Shown one piece after another: positions 9,704 through 20,220 of a DNA stretch of 48,116 nt. Source of the DNA: a virus; the IMG/VR virus record IMGVR_UViG_3300010032_000001, positions 1 through 48,116 of that record; one strand, written 5' to 3'. Position 1 is the stretch's first letter; every line of letters starts with the position of its first letter. Made by a program: the position numbers and the translations under genes. The notes below the pieces were generated by a model. That model saw only the letters and a list, made by a program, of their open reading frames with translations. It made no database searches and was not told the origin of the DNA.

Positions 9704-9941
9704 GAAACCAGATGTGAGTTTTGACATAGAAGACTTAGAAGAACTTTCAAAAGCTATAGCTTCTAGTGCTATAATGATAAGTGAAGCTTGGCAACAAATC
9801 ATTATTGCTACTCTTCTTCTAAGTTTTGTAATAGTTGTTGGTACAGGAGCATTGGTTATTAGAAATCATTTACTTCTACTTAATGTACTAGAAGAGGTAG
9901 AGGAAGAAGACATAATACGTAGGTACAAGCTAGGAGATTGA
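9690..9941 (+). CDS. Small membrane protein (one TM helix, acidic C-terminus)
   Basis: ATG 9690 overlaps the end of the hydrolase gene. Hydrophobic stretch IIIATLLLSFVIVVGTGALVI, then EEVEEED. Confidence 0.45.
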   Translation: MQMLKKPDVSFDIEDLEELSKAIASSAIMISEAWQQIIIATLLLSFVIVVGTGALVIRNHLLLLNVLEEVEEEDIIRRYKLGD

Positions 9942-9943
9942 TT

Positions 9944-12900
9944 ATGGCTAATAGAATTCCTGATAATAACGATTTGCAATTAGATCAACAAAGGAGAAGA
10001 ATTCCAAGTGCTCCTGCTGTATCGTCTGAGGGAGCAACTATTGAGCCTATTGCAGGTCCTGATATCACTGCTGGTCCGATTACTGCCCCTCAACAATCTT
10101 CTATTACTTCTAGTTCTGCTGAGTCTCTTATTAACACTCAGCAGCCAATTCCTTTTCGCCCCATTCACTATTCTTTACCATCTATTCCTGACTTTCTAGC
10201 TACTCAAGTACCAGGAGATTTAGAACAGGCCGAGCAATTTAACCAACAAATTCAAGCTCTTAATAATACTCCTGACGTTTATTCTGTAGGCCAACTGCGC
10301 AACAGATTACAAAGTACATTTAATCTTAATCGTCATTCTTCTACTCTTGCTCCTACTGATAGAGGGTTACCGTCCGAGATAGATGTATCCATTGAACAAG
10401 CTAATACTCGTCGTGCTTTACAAACTCAGAATGCTTCGGTTGCTCCTTCCGCTGATAGAGGGCTAGTAGGCGTTGCTCGTTCTCTTAACGAAGGACAGCC
10501 TTTTACTTCTGCTAGTAACCAGAGTGTACGTGATTTCTTCCTTAATACATTAGGTGTAGATGTTGCTCCTGTTGCCACGGAGAGAGAAGAAACAGAACCT
10601 ACCACTATGCTCGATAGAGTAATAGCTGGTGCAGTAAATGCTACTAGTGCTTTAATTCCTGGAGCTGCTGGTGTGATAGGGCAGTTAGTGGCACCTGGTG
10701 CTGACGATGTTGGAGCAGGTCGCCGTATATTTAGAGATGCTGGGCGCATAGCTAACAATCGTATACAGCGTAGAATAGAAGAAGTAGGGTTAGGACAATT
10801 CCTTAGTGAGAATACGTTAGGTCGTATTACTCCTGGACGCACAGTAGAGAACGTAGCTCGTAATATTCGTAGACAGTACGGCACTCCTTCTGCTGCTATT
10901 AATTCTACCATTCAGAACTACACCTTGGGTATAGGTGGATTTGAGAATGGTAGATTAGTGTTGGGAGCAGGCGATGTAGCTACAGACAGAGAAGGATTTG
11001 AACCGTTCGAATCTACAGATACTACTGGAGTTACTTCTATTCTATCAAGGGTCGCAGGTAGTACAGAACAAGAGTCCATTAGTCTTCCTACCGATTCTAG
11101 TTTTATAGGAGAGTTAGCTAATACTTCTCCTGACCTTCGTAACCTACTCAGAGATTTAGAACCCGTTGTTAATGAAGCTGGAGAGATCGGTTTCAATCCT
11201 TTCTCCGGACACTTCGGTGAGTTCGGTAGTGCCGGTTCTTTGTCTGGTTTACTATGGTTAGCTAACCTTCCTGAGGGCGTGGTTACCGGAGCACTATACG
11301 ATATAGCAGACCTAGCTAGGCATGTTACCTACGACACTAGGGTAGGAAGGTTATTAGGTCGTGTGTCTCCTATATTCAATGAGCAATTACCGGTAGATAA
11401 CGCTAGACGTTTAGATCTACTTGGTGCTGCAGTAGGAAGAGACTACGGATTTACTCAACGCTACACTGAGGATAGATACCTATCATTCATCGGCAATCCT
11501 GGATTACGATTTATTCCTAAGCCTGCTCAGATTGCTGCTGGTTTTATAGCTGACGCAGCACTAGGAGGATTCACTGATTTTGCTCTAACTGACCCTGTAT
11601 TTGATTTAATTACTCGTGGTTCGAGAAGAGCTACTCAGAATGTAGCTGAAGAGTTGGTTGAAACTGCAACTACAGTAGCTCGTAGAGAAGTAGACGATGC
11701 TGTTACTCGGTCAGTGGACGACGTTCTAAGAAGGAACCAATTACCTGAGCAGATTATAGAACGTATTGATAGAACTGTTAACAGAGTAGTAGCTGACTCT
11801 GCTCCTATTGATAGAGCAAGAGTTGCGGTACCTGATGTTGATACAGCTATTCGTAGGTTCAATCTCGATAGTGATACTTCTTTTTCTCTTACTACTTCTA
11901 TTCGTAGAGCAGGAGACGCACAACTTGAAATACCTTTTGTTCGTCCGTCGTTAGTAGGAGAAGTTGCTGAAACCATTGCTCCACTAACTAGAAGAATAGA
12001 TGATGTGTTCATTAGTGGTGAAAGAGTTACTCGTAGACTACGCACACTCGACGAGCAGGTAGACAGAATACAGTCTCTTATTAGTTCTCAGGCTGCCAGA
12101 AGAAACTCTACTGAGATTGTCGCTCCTGCTGACGAAGTAGCAGAACAACTTACTCTTAACTACGAACAATCTTTGGTTAACGTTCTAGAAGAACAGACTA
12201 CTCTACTAAGAGGTGCATCATCGCAGGAGATTGAACTTTACTCTCAGAATCTTTTGCGTCGAGCTGACGAAATTACAGATAACGGTTTTATTATTCAGGA
12301 GAATGCTGATGAAGTTCTTGACACTCTTGCTCCTAGGATTTCTGTTGAGCAGATTACTCCAAGAGCCACTGACTCCACCACTGAACTTCTTTTCGCGTAT
12401 CGTTCGGACCCTTACTCGTTAAACGATTTAGATGTCTTTAGTGTTCGTCGAAATGACCAGACAGTTTCTGAGGTAGCTAATCTATGGGGTTTACCTACTC
12501 CTCCGGTAGGTGACCCATCTACTCCTATAGGAGAACTAAGAAACCTTTATCGTTCTACTTCTCTTGAGCAACGATACCCTCGTTTACTAGGACGGTACGG
12601 TAAACCTATTTCTACTAACATAGAAGCTCCTATCAAAAGAATTGACTTTAGTTCTCAGATAGACCAGCCCTACACGCTTAGTGCCATAGCTCAACCTAGA
12701 GCACGTACTTTGCCTGTAGTAGAGGATAACGTACCGCCACAGATTCGTAGACAGGAAGTTAGTAGAGAAAGAAGAAGGTTAGTTTCTCTACAGAACCGTG
12801 CTGGACGTACGATGTCTGAGATTCAGAGAAACCTCTACGATAACAACGTTGATAAAGTATTCGAATTAGAAGACAGGCTTCGTAATATCTCTTCTGAGAT

Positions 12901-14947
12901 TAACGAGCTATTTGCTAATAACCCAGACATAGCTATAGAAGAGATAGTAGAGAATTTACCTACCTCTGTACGTCCTACAGGTAGAGAAAGTAGGGCATTA
13001 AGAGATAGGTACGCTTTAGCTGAACATAGATTTCACTATGAGAATGGTATTCTCAAATCTATGGAAGCAGACTTAGCTGATGTAGATAGGCTAGTTAAAC
13101 AGCAGCAGGATGTTGTAGCTAGATTACCTCAATTGGAACGGTACTCACCTGCTAATGAACTAGCTACTCGTAGAAGAGAAGGTTTATCTACTCGTACAGC
13201 TACAGGGGAAGTAGCTCAGCCTGGCCCTGACTTTACTATCCCTGAACTAGGAGACACAAGAACTACTACTATTACTGCTCTACAACAGAACCCTGAGCTA
13301 GAAGACTTCACCGTAGAGCAACTTAGACGGGCTGTTGAGAACAGTCCTGACTTAGAATTAGAACCCTCTAATAGAATGTTAGTTCGAAGAGCAGAGGGTG
13401 GTGTTGACCCTGATGTTGCTCGTTATGCTGCATTTCTAGACGAAGACGAGGTGTTTAATGGGTTGCAACCTGGTTCGTTGGAAGCGGTCTCTAGGTCAAT
13501 TCTAAACCAAGAAGACCAAGTTTACCCTGTTAGTTTCTCTAATGATGTTGAACTAGTTCTAGGCAATGATGCTTTCAATGAGATTACTATAGATTTCTCT
13601 GTGGGTGGAAGGTTTGTAAGAACGAACCGAAGGCCTCTGAGCGTTAAGAAAGGTCTTTCAGAGATGAAATCTTTTCTTAATGACTTTATGAAGATGAATC
13701 CTTCCTACGATTATAAAGTAACTGGAATAGCATTCACTCCTAGGGAACCTTCGTTGTCTACTGTTCTTGAAAGATTCCGGGTCGAGGGAATGACTGATGA
13801 AGTAGCCAGGGACTTCACTAGTAGTATCGGAGAAGTCTATTCGAAGTACACTACTTATTATAAGTACGGATTCAGACTGGACGATGGTTCAGACGCTGGT
13901 CGCCGTTTGTCTATTCAAGACTACGCTGAGGCTCTTCAAAGAGACGTAAATCAACCTATGACCTTTGGGTTCAATCCCGAGGAGGGTCTTCAAGGATTAC
14001 GTAACCAGCCATCAGTAGGTGACTACTACCATGGTACTAAAGCTACGTCACTAGATGTTCCTGCATTCTCTCCTACTAATGAACTAGGAATGGGGTTATA
14101 TTTGTCTACTGACATTAACGTAGCTAGACGGCATGCGAGAGCCATACCTGCTGAAGATTTAGTAGATGTAGGAGATCTAACGAATAGGTTTACCAATCAA
14201 GGAAGCATTTACTCTATTGCTATTCCTAACAGAAATCAGGTTACTGATTTTGGTAGCATTGACTTTGAACAGTTTAATGTGATTAACATTAACCTCATGT
14301 CTAACGATATGATTAATGTAGCCCAGGAGGAATTTCGTAGAGTAATAGAAGATTTGATTCCTGAGATATTACCTCGTTGGAGCAGTTGGTCTAGACGTCA
14401 TCGTGACATGGGTGAGTGGTGGAACTACATTCGTAGTCAGTACATTAGGCTACGAGGTGTTGACTCTATAGACGAGTATACGGAATTCGCTCAACGTATT
14501 CAAACTAGTCTGACCGATATAGGAATAGACGGATTACAGGATGGCAACAACTTGGTTGTTCTTAATCCTAGTAAGATATCTATTCGTCCTCCCGTTGTTG
14601 ATGAGACTTCCACTGGTAGCATTGCTGAAGGTCTACTCAACCGTTATGCTGCAGACCTAGACTTACACAATCGAGTTAACAACACTACTACCGAAGCTAT
14701 TCTAGAAACTGACCGACTGGCTATTGACCAGTACATTCGTAATCAATTAGCTGACTCTGTAGCAGAGCAGGAGAACATAGCTATTCGTGCTACTCGTTCT
14801 TACAATGAGATGGCCGATAGAATGGAACGTTCAGTTAATGTTGACCGAAGTCGTAATGTTTCTATAGAGATAGATGAAGCTAATCGAAATGCAGTCAATA
14901 ATTACAATCGGGTAAATCGTACACCTAACCTACCAACGGAGTGTTAA
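9944..14947 (+). CDS. Very large (1667 aa) internal virion / polyvalent-type protein with a candidate ART-like module near the C-terminus
   Basis: GGAG (9933-9936) sits 7 nt before ATG 9944. Uninterrupted ORF. YYHGT (H codon 14030-14032), GLYLST (Y codon 14099-14101) and DFEQF (E codon 14267-14269). Confidence 0.6.
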   Translation: MANRIPDNNDLQLDQQRRRIPSAPAVSSEGATIEPIAGPDITAGPITAPQQSSITSSSAESLINTQQPIPFRPIHYSLPSIPDFLATQVPGDLEQAEQFNQQIQALNNTPDVYSVGQLRNRLQSTFNLNRHSSTLAPTDRGLPSEIDVSIEQANTRRALQTQNASVAPSADRGLVGVARSLNEGQPFTSASNQSVRDFFLNTLGVDVAPVATEREETEPTTMLDRVIAGAVNATSALIPGAAGVIGQLVAPGADDVGAGRRIFRDAGRIANNRIQRRIEEVGLGQFLSENTLGRITPGRTVENVARNIRRQYGTPSAAINSTIQNYTLGIGGFENGRLVLGAGDVATDREGFEPFESTDTTGVTSILSRVAGSTEQESISLPTDSSFIGELANTSPDLRNLLRDLEPVVNEAGEIGFNPFSGHFGEFGSAGSLSGLLWLANLPEGVVTGALYDIADLARHVTYDTRVGRLLGRVSPIFNEQLPVDNARRLDLLGAAVGRDYGFTQRYTEDRYLSFIGNPGLRFIPKPAQIAAGFIADAALGGFTDFALTDPVFDLITRGSRRATQNVAEELVETATTVARREVDDAVTRSVDDVLRRNQLPEQIIERIDRTVNRVVADSAPIDRARVAVPDVDTAIRRFNLDSDTSFSLTTSIRRAGDAQLEIPFVRPSLVGEVAETIAPLTRRIDDVFISGERVTRRLRTLDEQVDRIQSLISSQAARRNSTEIVAPADEVAEQLTLNYEQSLVNVLEEQTTLLRGASSQEIELYSQNLLRRADEITDNGFIIQENADEVLDTLAPRISVEQITPRATDSTTELLFAYRSDPYSLNDLDVFSVRRNDQTVSEVANLWGLPTPPVGDPSTPIGELRNLYRSTSLEQRYPRLLGRYGKPISTNIEAPIKRIDFSSQIDQPYTLSAIAQPRARTLPVVEDNVPPQIRRQEVSRERRRLVSLQNRAGRTMSEIQRNLYDNNVDKVFELEDRLRNISSEINELFANNPDIAIEEIVENLPTSVRPTGRESRALRDRYALAEHRFHYENGILKSMEADLADVDRLVKQQQDVVARLPQLERYSPANELATRRREGLSTRTATGEVAQPGPDFTIPELGDTRTTTITALQQNPELEDFTVEQLRRAVENSPDLELEPSNRMLVRRAEGGVDPDVARYAAFLDEDEVFNGLQPGSLEAVSRSILNQEDQVYPVSFSNDVELVLGNDAFNEITIDFSVGGRFVRTNRRPLSVKKGLSEMKSFLNDFMKMNPSYDYKVTGIAFTPREPSLSTVLERFRVEGMTDEVARDFTSSIGEVYSKYTTYYKYGFRLDDGSDAGRRLSIQDYAEALQRDVNQPMTFGFNPEEGLQGLRNQPSVGDYYHGTKATSLDVPAFSPTNELGMGLYLSTDINVARRHARAIPAEDLVDVGDLTNRFTNQGSIYSIAIPNRNQVTDFGSIDFEQFNVININLMSNDMINVAQEEFRRVIEDLIPEILPRWSSWSRRHRDMGEWWNYIRSQYIRLRGVDSIDEYTEFAQRIQTSLTDIGIDGLQDGNNLVVLNPSKISIRPPVVDETSTGSIAEGLLNRYAADLDLHNRVNNTTTEAILETDRLAIDQYIRNQLADSVAEQENIAIRATRSYNEMADRMERSVNVDRSRNVSIEIDEANRNAVNNYNRVNRTPNLPTEC

Positions 14948-14949
14948 TC

Positions 14950-17900
14950 ATGGTTGAAGCTTTTGAGTGTGGTATTAAAGCAGTAGACGATGTACTTCAA
15001 CGTAGGTTTAAAGATTTACCTGAGGAACGTCAGTCTGACATCAATCGTAGAATTGAACACAGTCTTCGGCAGCTTAACAGTGTAGCTACGACAGCTAAGG
15101 ATAGTGGATTAAGTAGAGAAGCTAGAGCACATGCCGAGGATATTTTTCGTAACATACTTTCTACCGCTTCTCTTAGTCACATAAGTCCTGGAGCTACCAA
15201 AGGATTAGCTCATCACTTGGCTATGAATATCGGACTTAATCGAAGAGGTCTGGGTTTACTAGATGACTTCACTGACAGTGGTGCAGTAGCTAACATCATT
15301 AAATCTCTAAGACGTAGGGGTGGTGGAGAGATTCACCAAATGTTAGCACATATTCATTTTATTGATAGAAACATTATAGCTGACCAACGTCTTGATGCTT
15401 TAAGAAGAACTCTAAACATTACTAAAGACGATTGGGACCGCCTCAAACTAGATGCTCTTGAGATCGGTATGCAGCCGTTTATGCAGAAAGACTTAGGTGT
15501 CGTAGGTCCTGCTGGTATAGAGTTTCTTCGTGGTAAACAGCAACGATTCTTTCGTAGGCTAGAGGAGTTAGGAGTAACTGATTCAGCTGCTGACCTACTA
15601 GCTAAAGAAACTACTGAAGTAGCTAATACGTACAGAGAAGTATTAGAAGTTATTCGTACGTTTGGTGTTAACACTAACGATGCTGATGGACTCATAGCTT
15701 ACCTACCTCGCTCTGTTTCTCCTGAAACCATTCGTAGATTTCAATGGCACAAACTAGAAAATGGTAACTACAACATTGGAGGTTTCGGTGGAGTATCCAC
15801 TGAATCCCTTCCCTCAGTTTTCACCAAATCCAGAACCTCTAACCAATTCATTGTTGAAGACAAGATTGTCTTGGATGAACTCATACGAGCTGTGGATGAA
15901 GACATCTACTCCTCTCTTGGTGTGGATGGAATTGATGGACTTATTGAAGACACAGGAAAACTCACAAGGGGATTGGTCGAGACTCTCGATAGACGCGCTC
16001 CCGAACTCTTTGACGGACTAGTAGACGTAGGAATGATATCTAAAATTCCTATGACTTCTACTGAATTATTTGAGTATGCTAAACTACGATACGAACTACC
16101 ATTTAAAACAATAGATGAGTTCATGGCTACTGACTTTCGACAAGTAGCTACTCTTTATCGCAATCAGACTGAGCGATTAGTAGGTAGAAGTGTGATGTCT
16201 CACTTCACTGCTAAGTCTGCTATCGACGGTGGATGGGGAATTACTGAGGCTCAACGACTAGCTGAACCAGAGAAGTACAAGAACTGGGTACAGTTATCGT
16301 CCCCTGTGGCTGGTAGAAGTGATGTAGTTATTACTGCTGCTGAGGCTCAACGCTTCGGCATGCCTGCGTTTCAGCATTCTCATGTGTATGTTCATCCTGT
16401 GGTAGCAGATATCTTTAAAGCTCAGACTCAGGTACTTAGTCGTCCTGATCAGTTGGGGATACTAGGAAGACTAGCTAACGATTTGCGAACTACTTTCTCT
16501 ACCATGGCTTTAGCCTCCAGTGGATTTGTATTTCGTCAGCTTTACACTCCTATCTTTCAGGTATGGGCTGCTGGTGGTAGAATAGATACCTATGCTGCTG
16601 ACATCACTAGGTCTATAGCTCACATCGCTGGTCTTAAGAGTAGAGGATTATCACTAGACCAGTTCGATGGGTTCATGGATAACACTAGAAAAATCTATAG
16701 AGTAAACAATGAACTAGTTACCGAACGTTCTCTATGGAACATTATGAGACGTAGAGGATTTGTAGAAGAAGTACTTCCCTGGTTGGGTGCCCCTGCTAAT
16801 AGCCGTAACTTCAAACCTAGTGCTGGATTTCTTACTGCTACTGAGAGACAAGTTCGTTACCTTAATGACGTAATTAATGCCTATCCTAAACTAGGAGCAT
16901 TAGGAACAGTAAGCGAGTTCGCTTCCACTATCTCAGAAGGAAGTAGAAGATTTGGTGAGAGAGCATTTCATTGGTTCGGAGCTACTAACGTACTGTTTGA
17001 TAACGTAGCTAGGTTCTCTACCATCAAAGCGCTTACTTCTACCACTAACACTAATCGAATAGTGAAAGCTGCTCAAGGTAATTTCAACAATAATCTAGGG
17101 TTCGAGCAAGCTGTAGAAAGAGCACAAAGGTATTTCTTTAACTACGATGATACAGGAAGAGTCGATGACTTCATGGCTCACATCCGTCCCTTCTGGGTGT
17201 TTCAGAGTAGAAATACTTTTGCTATCTTCAAGATGATGACGAGAGAGCCTGGTAAGTTCATGGCTTATCAACGACTCTTCGCTGCCATCAATGAACCTGA
17301 GCAAGGTGATGAACCTCTACCCTACGGAGCTATGCCTGATTGGATGAGGGGTGAGTCTCCCATGTTCTGGATTCAGAGGGACGATGAAGGTAATCCTACT
17401 GAAGCTTGGACTCTGCCTCGTTCTATGTTTGACCCTATCGCTGAGGGTACAGGTGCTGTAACTGAGGGACTAGATGGTCTACTAAATTACTTTGGTATCT
17501 GGCCTGATGGTCAATTCCCTTCTAGAGGAATAGATGATAGGCTGAACGATTTACCCTGGAACAATACTCCTACCAATCGAGCACTAGAAGATCAGGTGAG
17601 TCAAGCGTTCGGTCACTACAAAGCAGCTTACTCCTTAATTACTGGACGTAACCCCGATACCGGTAGAGAGTTCATAAGAGAAGGAGATACTACCAGGTTC
17701 TCTAATTTCCTTGGTATGGAAGTCTCTCCTATGACTCAGTACATAGCCGAGAATTTGTTTCCTATTCTTCGTAACGTTAACCGTGCTAATCCTTTCTACA
17801 TGTTCGGTTACCCTCCTGAGTTTGATACTAAGACTGGAGAAGTAATCGACATGGGAACTCCTTCTTGGTTTGGTACTTCAGGAACAGGAAGACCTAGTGC

Positions 17901-18312
17901 TGACTTTCGTAGCTGGTGGCAACGTTCTCTTTCTACTGTAGGTTTTAACATTTATCGTATTGATATCCTGGAGTCAATGGGATATCGAGAGACGGATATT
18001 CTATTTGCTCTACGAGAAGGAGAGACAGCCCTAGAGAAAAAGCGTAGAGATATCCGTCTTCTTACCAACGAACAACAGTTTAATAGAGAGGTAGGAGAAC
18101 TGAGAGAAATGGAAGCTTTGCATGCTGCACTGATGATTGATTACGAGAACATTAGAGCATGGGCTGACAATAGAGGATTAGATTATTCAGCAGCTATTCG
18201 TTTTGCTAGAAAAGAAAACATCGCGGCTGAACAATTGAGAGGACTAACACCGGACGAAGAAAGAAAACTACTAGAAAAAGTGTATGGACCTCTAGAAAAT
18301 TTTAGGAGATAA
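14950..18312 (+). CDS. Large (1120 aa) virion / ejection protein candidate
   Basis: ATG 14950 lies just after the upstream TAA. Position matches T7 gp15/gp16-type genes. I recognised no motif. Confidence 0.5.
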   Translation: MVEAFECGIKAVDDVLQRRFKDLPEERQSDINRRIEHSLRQLNSVATTAKDSGLSREARAHAEDIFRNILSTASLSHISPGATKGLAHHLAMNIGLNRRGLGLLDDFTDSGAVANIIKSLRRRGGGEIHQMLAHIHFIDRNIIADQRLDALRRTLNITKDDWDRLKLDALEIGMQPFMQKDLGVVGPAGIEFLRGKQQRFFRRLEELGVTDSAADLLAKETTEVANTYREVLEVIRTFGVNTNDADGLIAYLPRSVSPETIRRFQWHKLENGNYNIGGFGGVSTESLPSVFTKSRTSNQFIVEDKIVLDELIRAVDEDIYSSLGVDGIDGLIEDTGKLTRGLVETLDRRAPELFDGLVDVGMISKIPMTSTELFEYAKLRYELPFKTIDEFMATDFRQVATLYRNQTERLVGRSVMSHFTAKSAIDGGWGITEAQRLAEPEKYKNWVQLSSPVAGRSDVVITAAEAQRFGMPAFQHSHVYVHPVVADIFKAQTQVLSRPDQLGILGRLANDLRTTFSTMALASSGFVFRQLYTPIFQVWAAGGRIDTYAADITRSIAHIAGLKSRGLSLDQFDGFMDNTRKIYRVNNELVTERSLWNIMRRRGFVEEVLPWLGAPANSRNFKPSAGFLTATERQVRYLNDVINAYPKLGALGTVSEFASTISEGSRRFGERAFHWFGATNVLFDNVARFSTIKALTSTTNTNRIVKAAQGNFNNNLGFEQAVERAQRYFFNYDDTGRVDDFMAHIRPFWVFQSRNTFAIFKMMTREPGKFMAYQRLFAAINEPEQGDEPLPYGAMPDWMRGESPMFWIQRDDEGNPTEAWTLPRSMFDPIAEGTGAVTEGLDGLLNYFGIWPDGQFPSRGIDDRLNDLPWNNTPTNRALEDQVSQAFGHYKAAYSLITGRNPDTGREFIREGDTTRFSNFLGMEVSPMTQYIAENLFPILRNVNRANPFYMFGYPPEFDTKTGEVIDMGTPSWFGTSGTGRPSADFRSWWQRSLSTVGFNIYRIDILESMGYRETDILFALREGETALEKKRRDIRLLTNEQQFNREVGELREMEALHAALMIDYENIRAWADNRGLDYSAAIRFARKENIAAEQLRGLTPDEERKLLEKVYGPLENFRR

Positions 18313-18313
18313 G

Positions 18314-19483
18314 ATGGCATTTACTATTAGCACAGCAGCAGTATTAGTTACTCGTAGCGGAACTTCATTTTCAATTGATGTCACCGCTGCGAATCTTAGT
18401 GAGGATTTGAACGTTAAAGACTTTGTAGTTTTAGATCAAACCAACCAGTTAACCCTGTCTAACGTTAACTTTACCAAGACTAGTCAAACCGTTATTACCT
18501 ACTCTGGCGCAGACATAGGAACAAACATTAACCTTGAGGTTCGTCGCAACACTGCAGTAGAAAGATTTCAGGTCACTCAGTTCGGTAACAAATTTTCTTC
18601 TACTATCTACAATGAAGAGGTGGATAGGATATTAGGTAAAATATTTGAGATTGTAGAGTTTGGAGTAGGAGATGACACCTTCTTTATTCCTACTCCTCAA
18701 AACCAAGCTTATGGCCCAGCATGGGCTACAGATTCTGTAAGAGGAAGAACGGCTAACGTACTGTATAATGAGCTAGAACTTATTCCTAGGTTAGCTGACA
18801 ATGAAATCATTACTGGTACTAGACAATTTAACAACTCAGTTAACATGTCTGGTGCTACTCTAACGATTAATAGTAATGCTGGAATTGTTGTTAATGGTAC
18901 GTTTAACGCTAACTCCAACACGGCTGATTTCACTGGTGCCACAGCTTTTGTAAAATCTACCCCTCCTACTACTGATGCTTCCAACGAGGTAGCCAATACT
19001 AACTTTGTCTACAATGTGTTGGATGACATCTTTGTAGGAATGATTTCTCACTTTAACCAGGGTGTTACTAACCGTTGGTTATTGTGTAATGGTTCTAGTT
19101 TTAGTGGAACAACGTACCCCCTTCTCGCATCAAGATTAGGGGGCACCACACTACCTAATTATTTAGGTAGATTTATTGTTTCTGCTGATGGAGGAACTTA
19201 CGTATTAGGAGCTACTGGTGGTAGCAAAGATGCTATCACGGTAAGTCACACTCACGGGGTTACGGACCCAGGTCACTTTCACTCAGGAGCTATGTTTAGG
19301 AGTTTTGCTCCTGGTGGTTTTCTTGTTCAAACTACAACCGGAAGTGTTCACGTGCAGGGTAACACTGATACTGCTGGTACCGGTGTGAGTATTAACAGTG
19401 CAGGTGCTTCTGGAGTGAACGCTAATCTTCCACCTTACCTTGCGCTCAACATATATATCTATGCTGGGCGGCCACAAGCCTAA
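18314..19483 (+). CDS. Tail fibre: T7 gp17-like N-terminal adaptor plus C-terminal phage tail-collar domain
   Basis: AGGAGA precedes the ATG. N-terminal ...NINLEVRRNT pattern. C-terminal LPNYLGRF...GGSKDAITVSHTHGVTDPGHFH...NLPPYLALNIYI is typical of tail-collar domains. Confidence 0.7.
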   Translation: MAFTISTAAVLVTRSGTSFSIDVTAANLSEDLNVKDFVVLDQTNQLTLSNVNFTKTSQTVITYSGADIGTNINLEVRRNTAVERFQVTQFGNKFSSTIYNEEVDRILGKIFEIVEFGVGDDTFFIPTPQNQAYGPAWATDSVRGRTANVLYNELELIPRLADNEIITGTRQFNNSVNMSGATLTINSNAGIVVNGTFNANSNTADFTGATAFVKSTPPTTDASNEVANTNFVYNVLDDIFVGMISHFNQGVTNRWLLCNGSSFSGTTYPLLASRLGGTTLPNYLGRFIVSADGGTYVLGATGGSKDAITVSHTHGVTDPGHFHSGAMFRSFAPGGFLVQTTTGSVHVQGNTDTAGTGVSINSAGASGVNANLPPYLALNIYIYAGRPQA

Positions 19484-20220
19484 CTAATCAGCAACACGTC
19501 GTCAGGTACATATTTAGGAGTAGAGTTCTGATAACGGTACTCTGCTCCTATTTCTTTTGTTAACTGAATAGCGTAATCATTATCTACATGGCCGAACACT
19601 AGCTTAAGGTTCTTACATTTTTTTAGAACCTTAACTTTATTTTCAACATCTGTAAGAACTAAAGCTCTACCGTAAGAGCCTAGTTCTTTAGACTTTTCTT
19701 TCTGACGTGCTTGCTCTTTAGCTAGGATGGTGTAAGGTTGAGCCTTATGGGTTCTTCGTTCAATAGGGTAGAGGTCCTTAGGTTCACGATAATAACTTAC
19801 ACGTTCAATAACACTATTGTTTTCCATCCAACGAAGAGCACTATCCATGGTACGCTCTAGATTTTTGTACCGCTCTCTGAGTAGAGCATTTTGACTGCAA
19901 AGGTAGAGAAGCTCAGCTCTGGTAAAGTCTTCATCCGGAGCGTCACTCATCATACGAGTTAACTCTACTCTCATCTCTGAACGGTTAACCATGTCTAGCC
20001 GTTTAAGGTCTGGACCTCCACAGTAAACCTTGTAAAGGCTTCTTAGCTCTTCTACAAGCTCGTTGTTAACAACAGTGGTTGAGGACAAACTGTAGATGTA
20101 GGATTGTAGAGCTTTACGTGAGTGGCGGTCACCTACCAGGTCTATCATAATCTTAGACCCGTAGACTTCTATGCTTGGTTTAACTGGTTTTCTTCCCATG
20201 GTTATTCTCCTTAACTCCAA
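19480..20220 (-). CDS. Hypothetical protein (last gene of the leftward arm)
   Basis: 246-aa ORF with no recognised motifs. Its stop overlaps the tail-fibre stop. Confidence 0.5.
   Translation of the reverse strand: MELRRITMGRKPVKPSIEVYGSKIMIDLVGDRHSRKALQSYIYSLSSTTVVNNELVEELRSLYKVYCGGPDLKRLDMVNRSEMRVELTRMMSDAPDEDFTRAELLYLCSQNALLRERYKNLERTMDSALRWMENNSVIERVSYYREPKDLYPIERRTHKAQPYTILAKEQARQKEKSKELGSYGRALVLTDVENKVKVLKKCKNLKLVFGHVDNDYAIQLTKEIGAEYRYQNSTPKYVPDDVLLIS

Noticed and set aside
10008-10199. Leucine-rich alternative-frame ORFs (10008..10199, 40357..40647, 40839..41093, 7393..7590)
   Set aside because: They are same-strand off-frame ORFs made of L/S/Q repeats inside better-supported genes. 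This is typical of frame shadows in CAG/CTG-rich DNA.
10426-12045. Antisense ORFs 10426..10911 (161 aa) and 11635..12045 (136 aa) inside the 1667-aa gene; likewise 15354..15695 and 18709..18996
   Set aside because: These are shadow ORFs opposite long, well-supported genes. They have low-complexity S/T/A/R-rich translations, no RBS, and no independent motif.
9944-18312. A virion-packaged or T7-like RNA polymerase hidden in the 1667-aa or 1120-aa ORFs
   Set aside because: I could not find single-subunit RNAP palm or finger motifs by eye. I leave this as not supported rather than excluded, because only a profile search could settle it.
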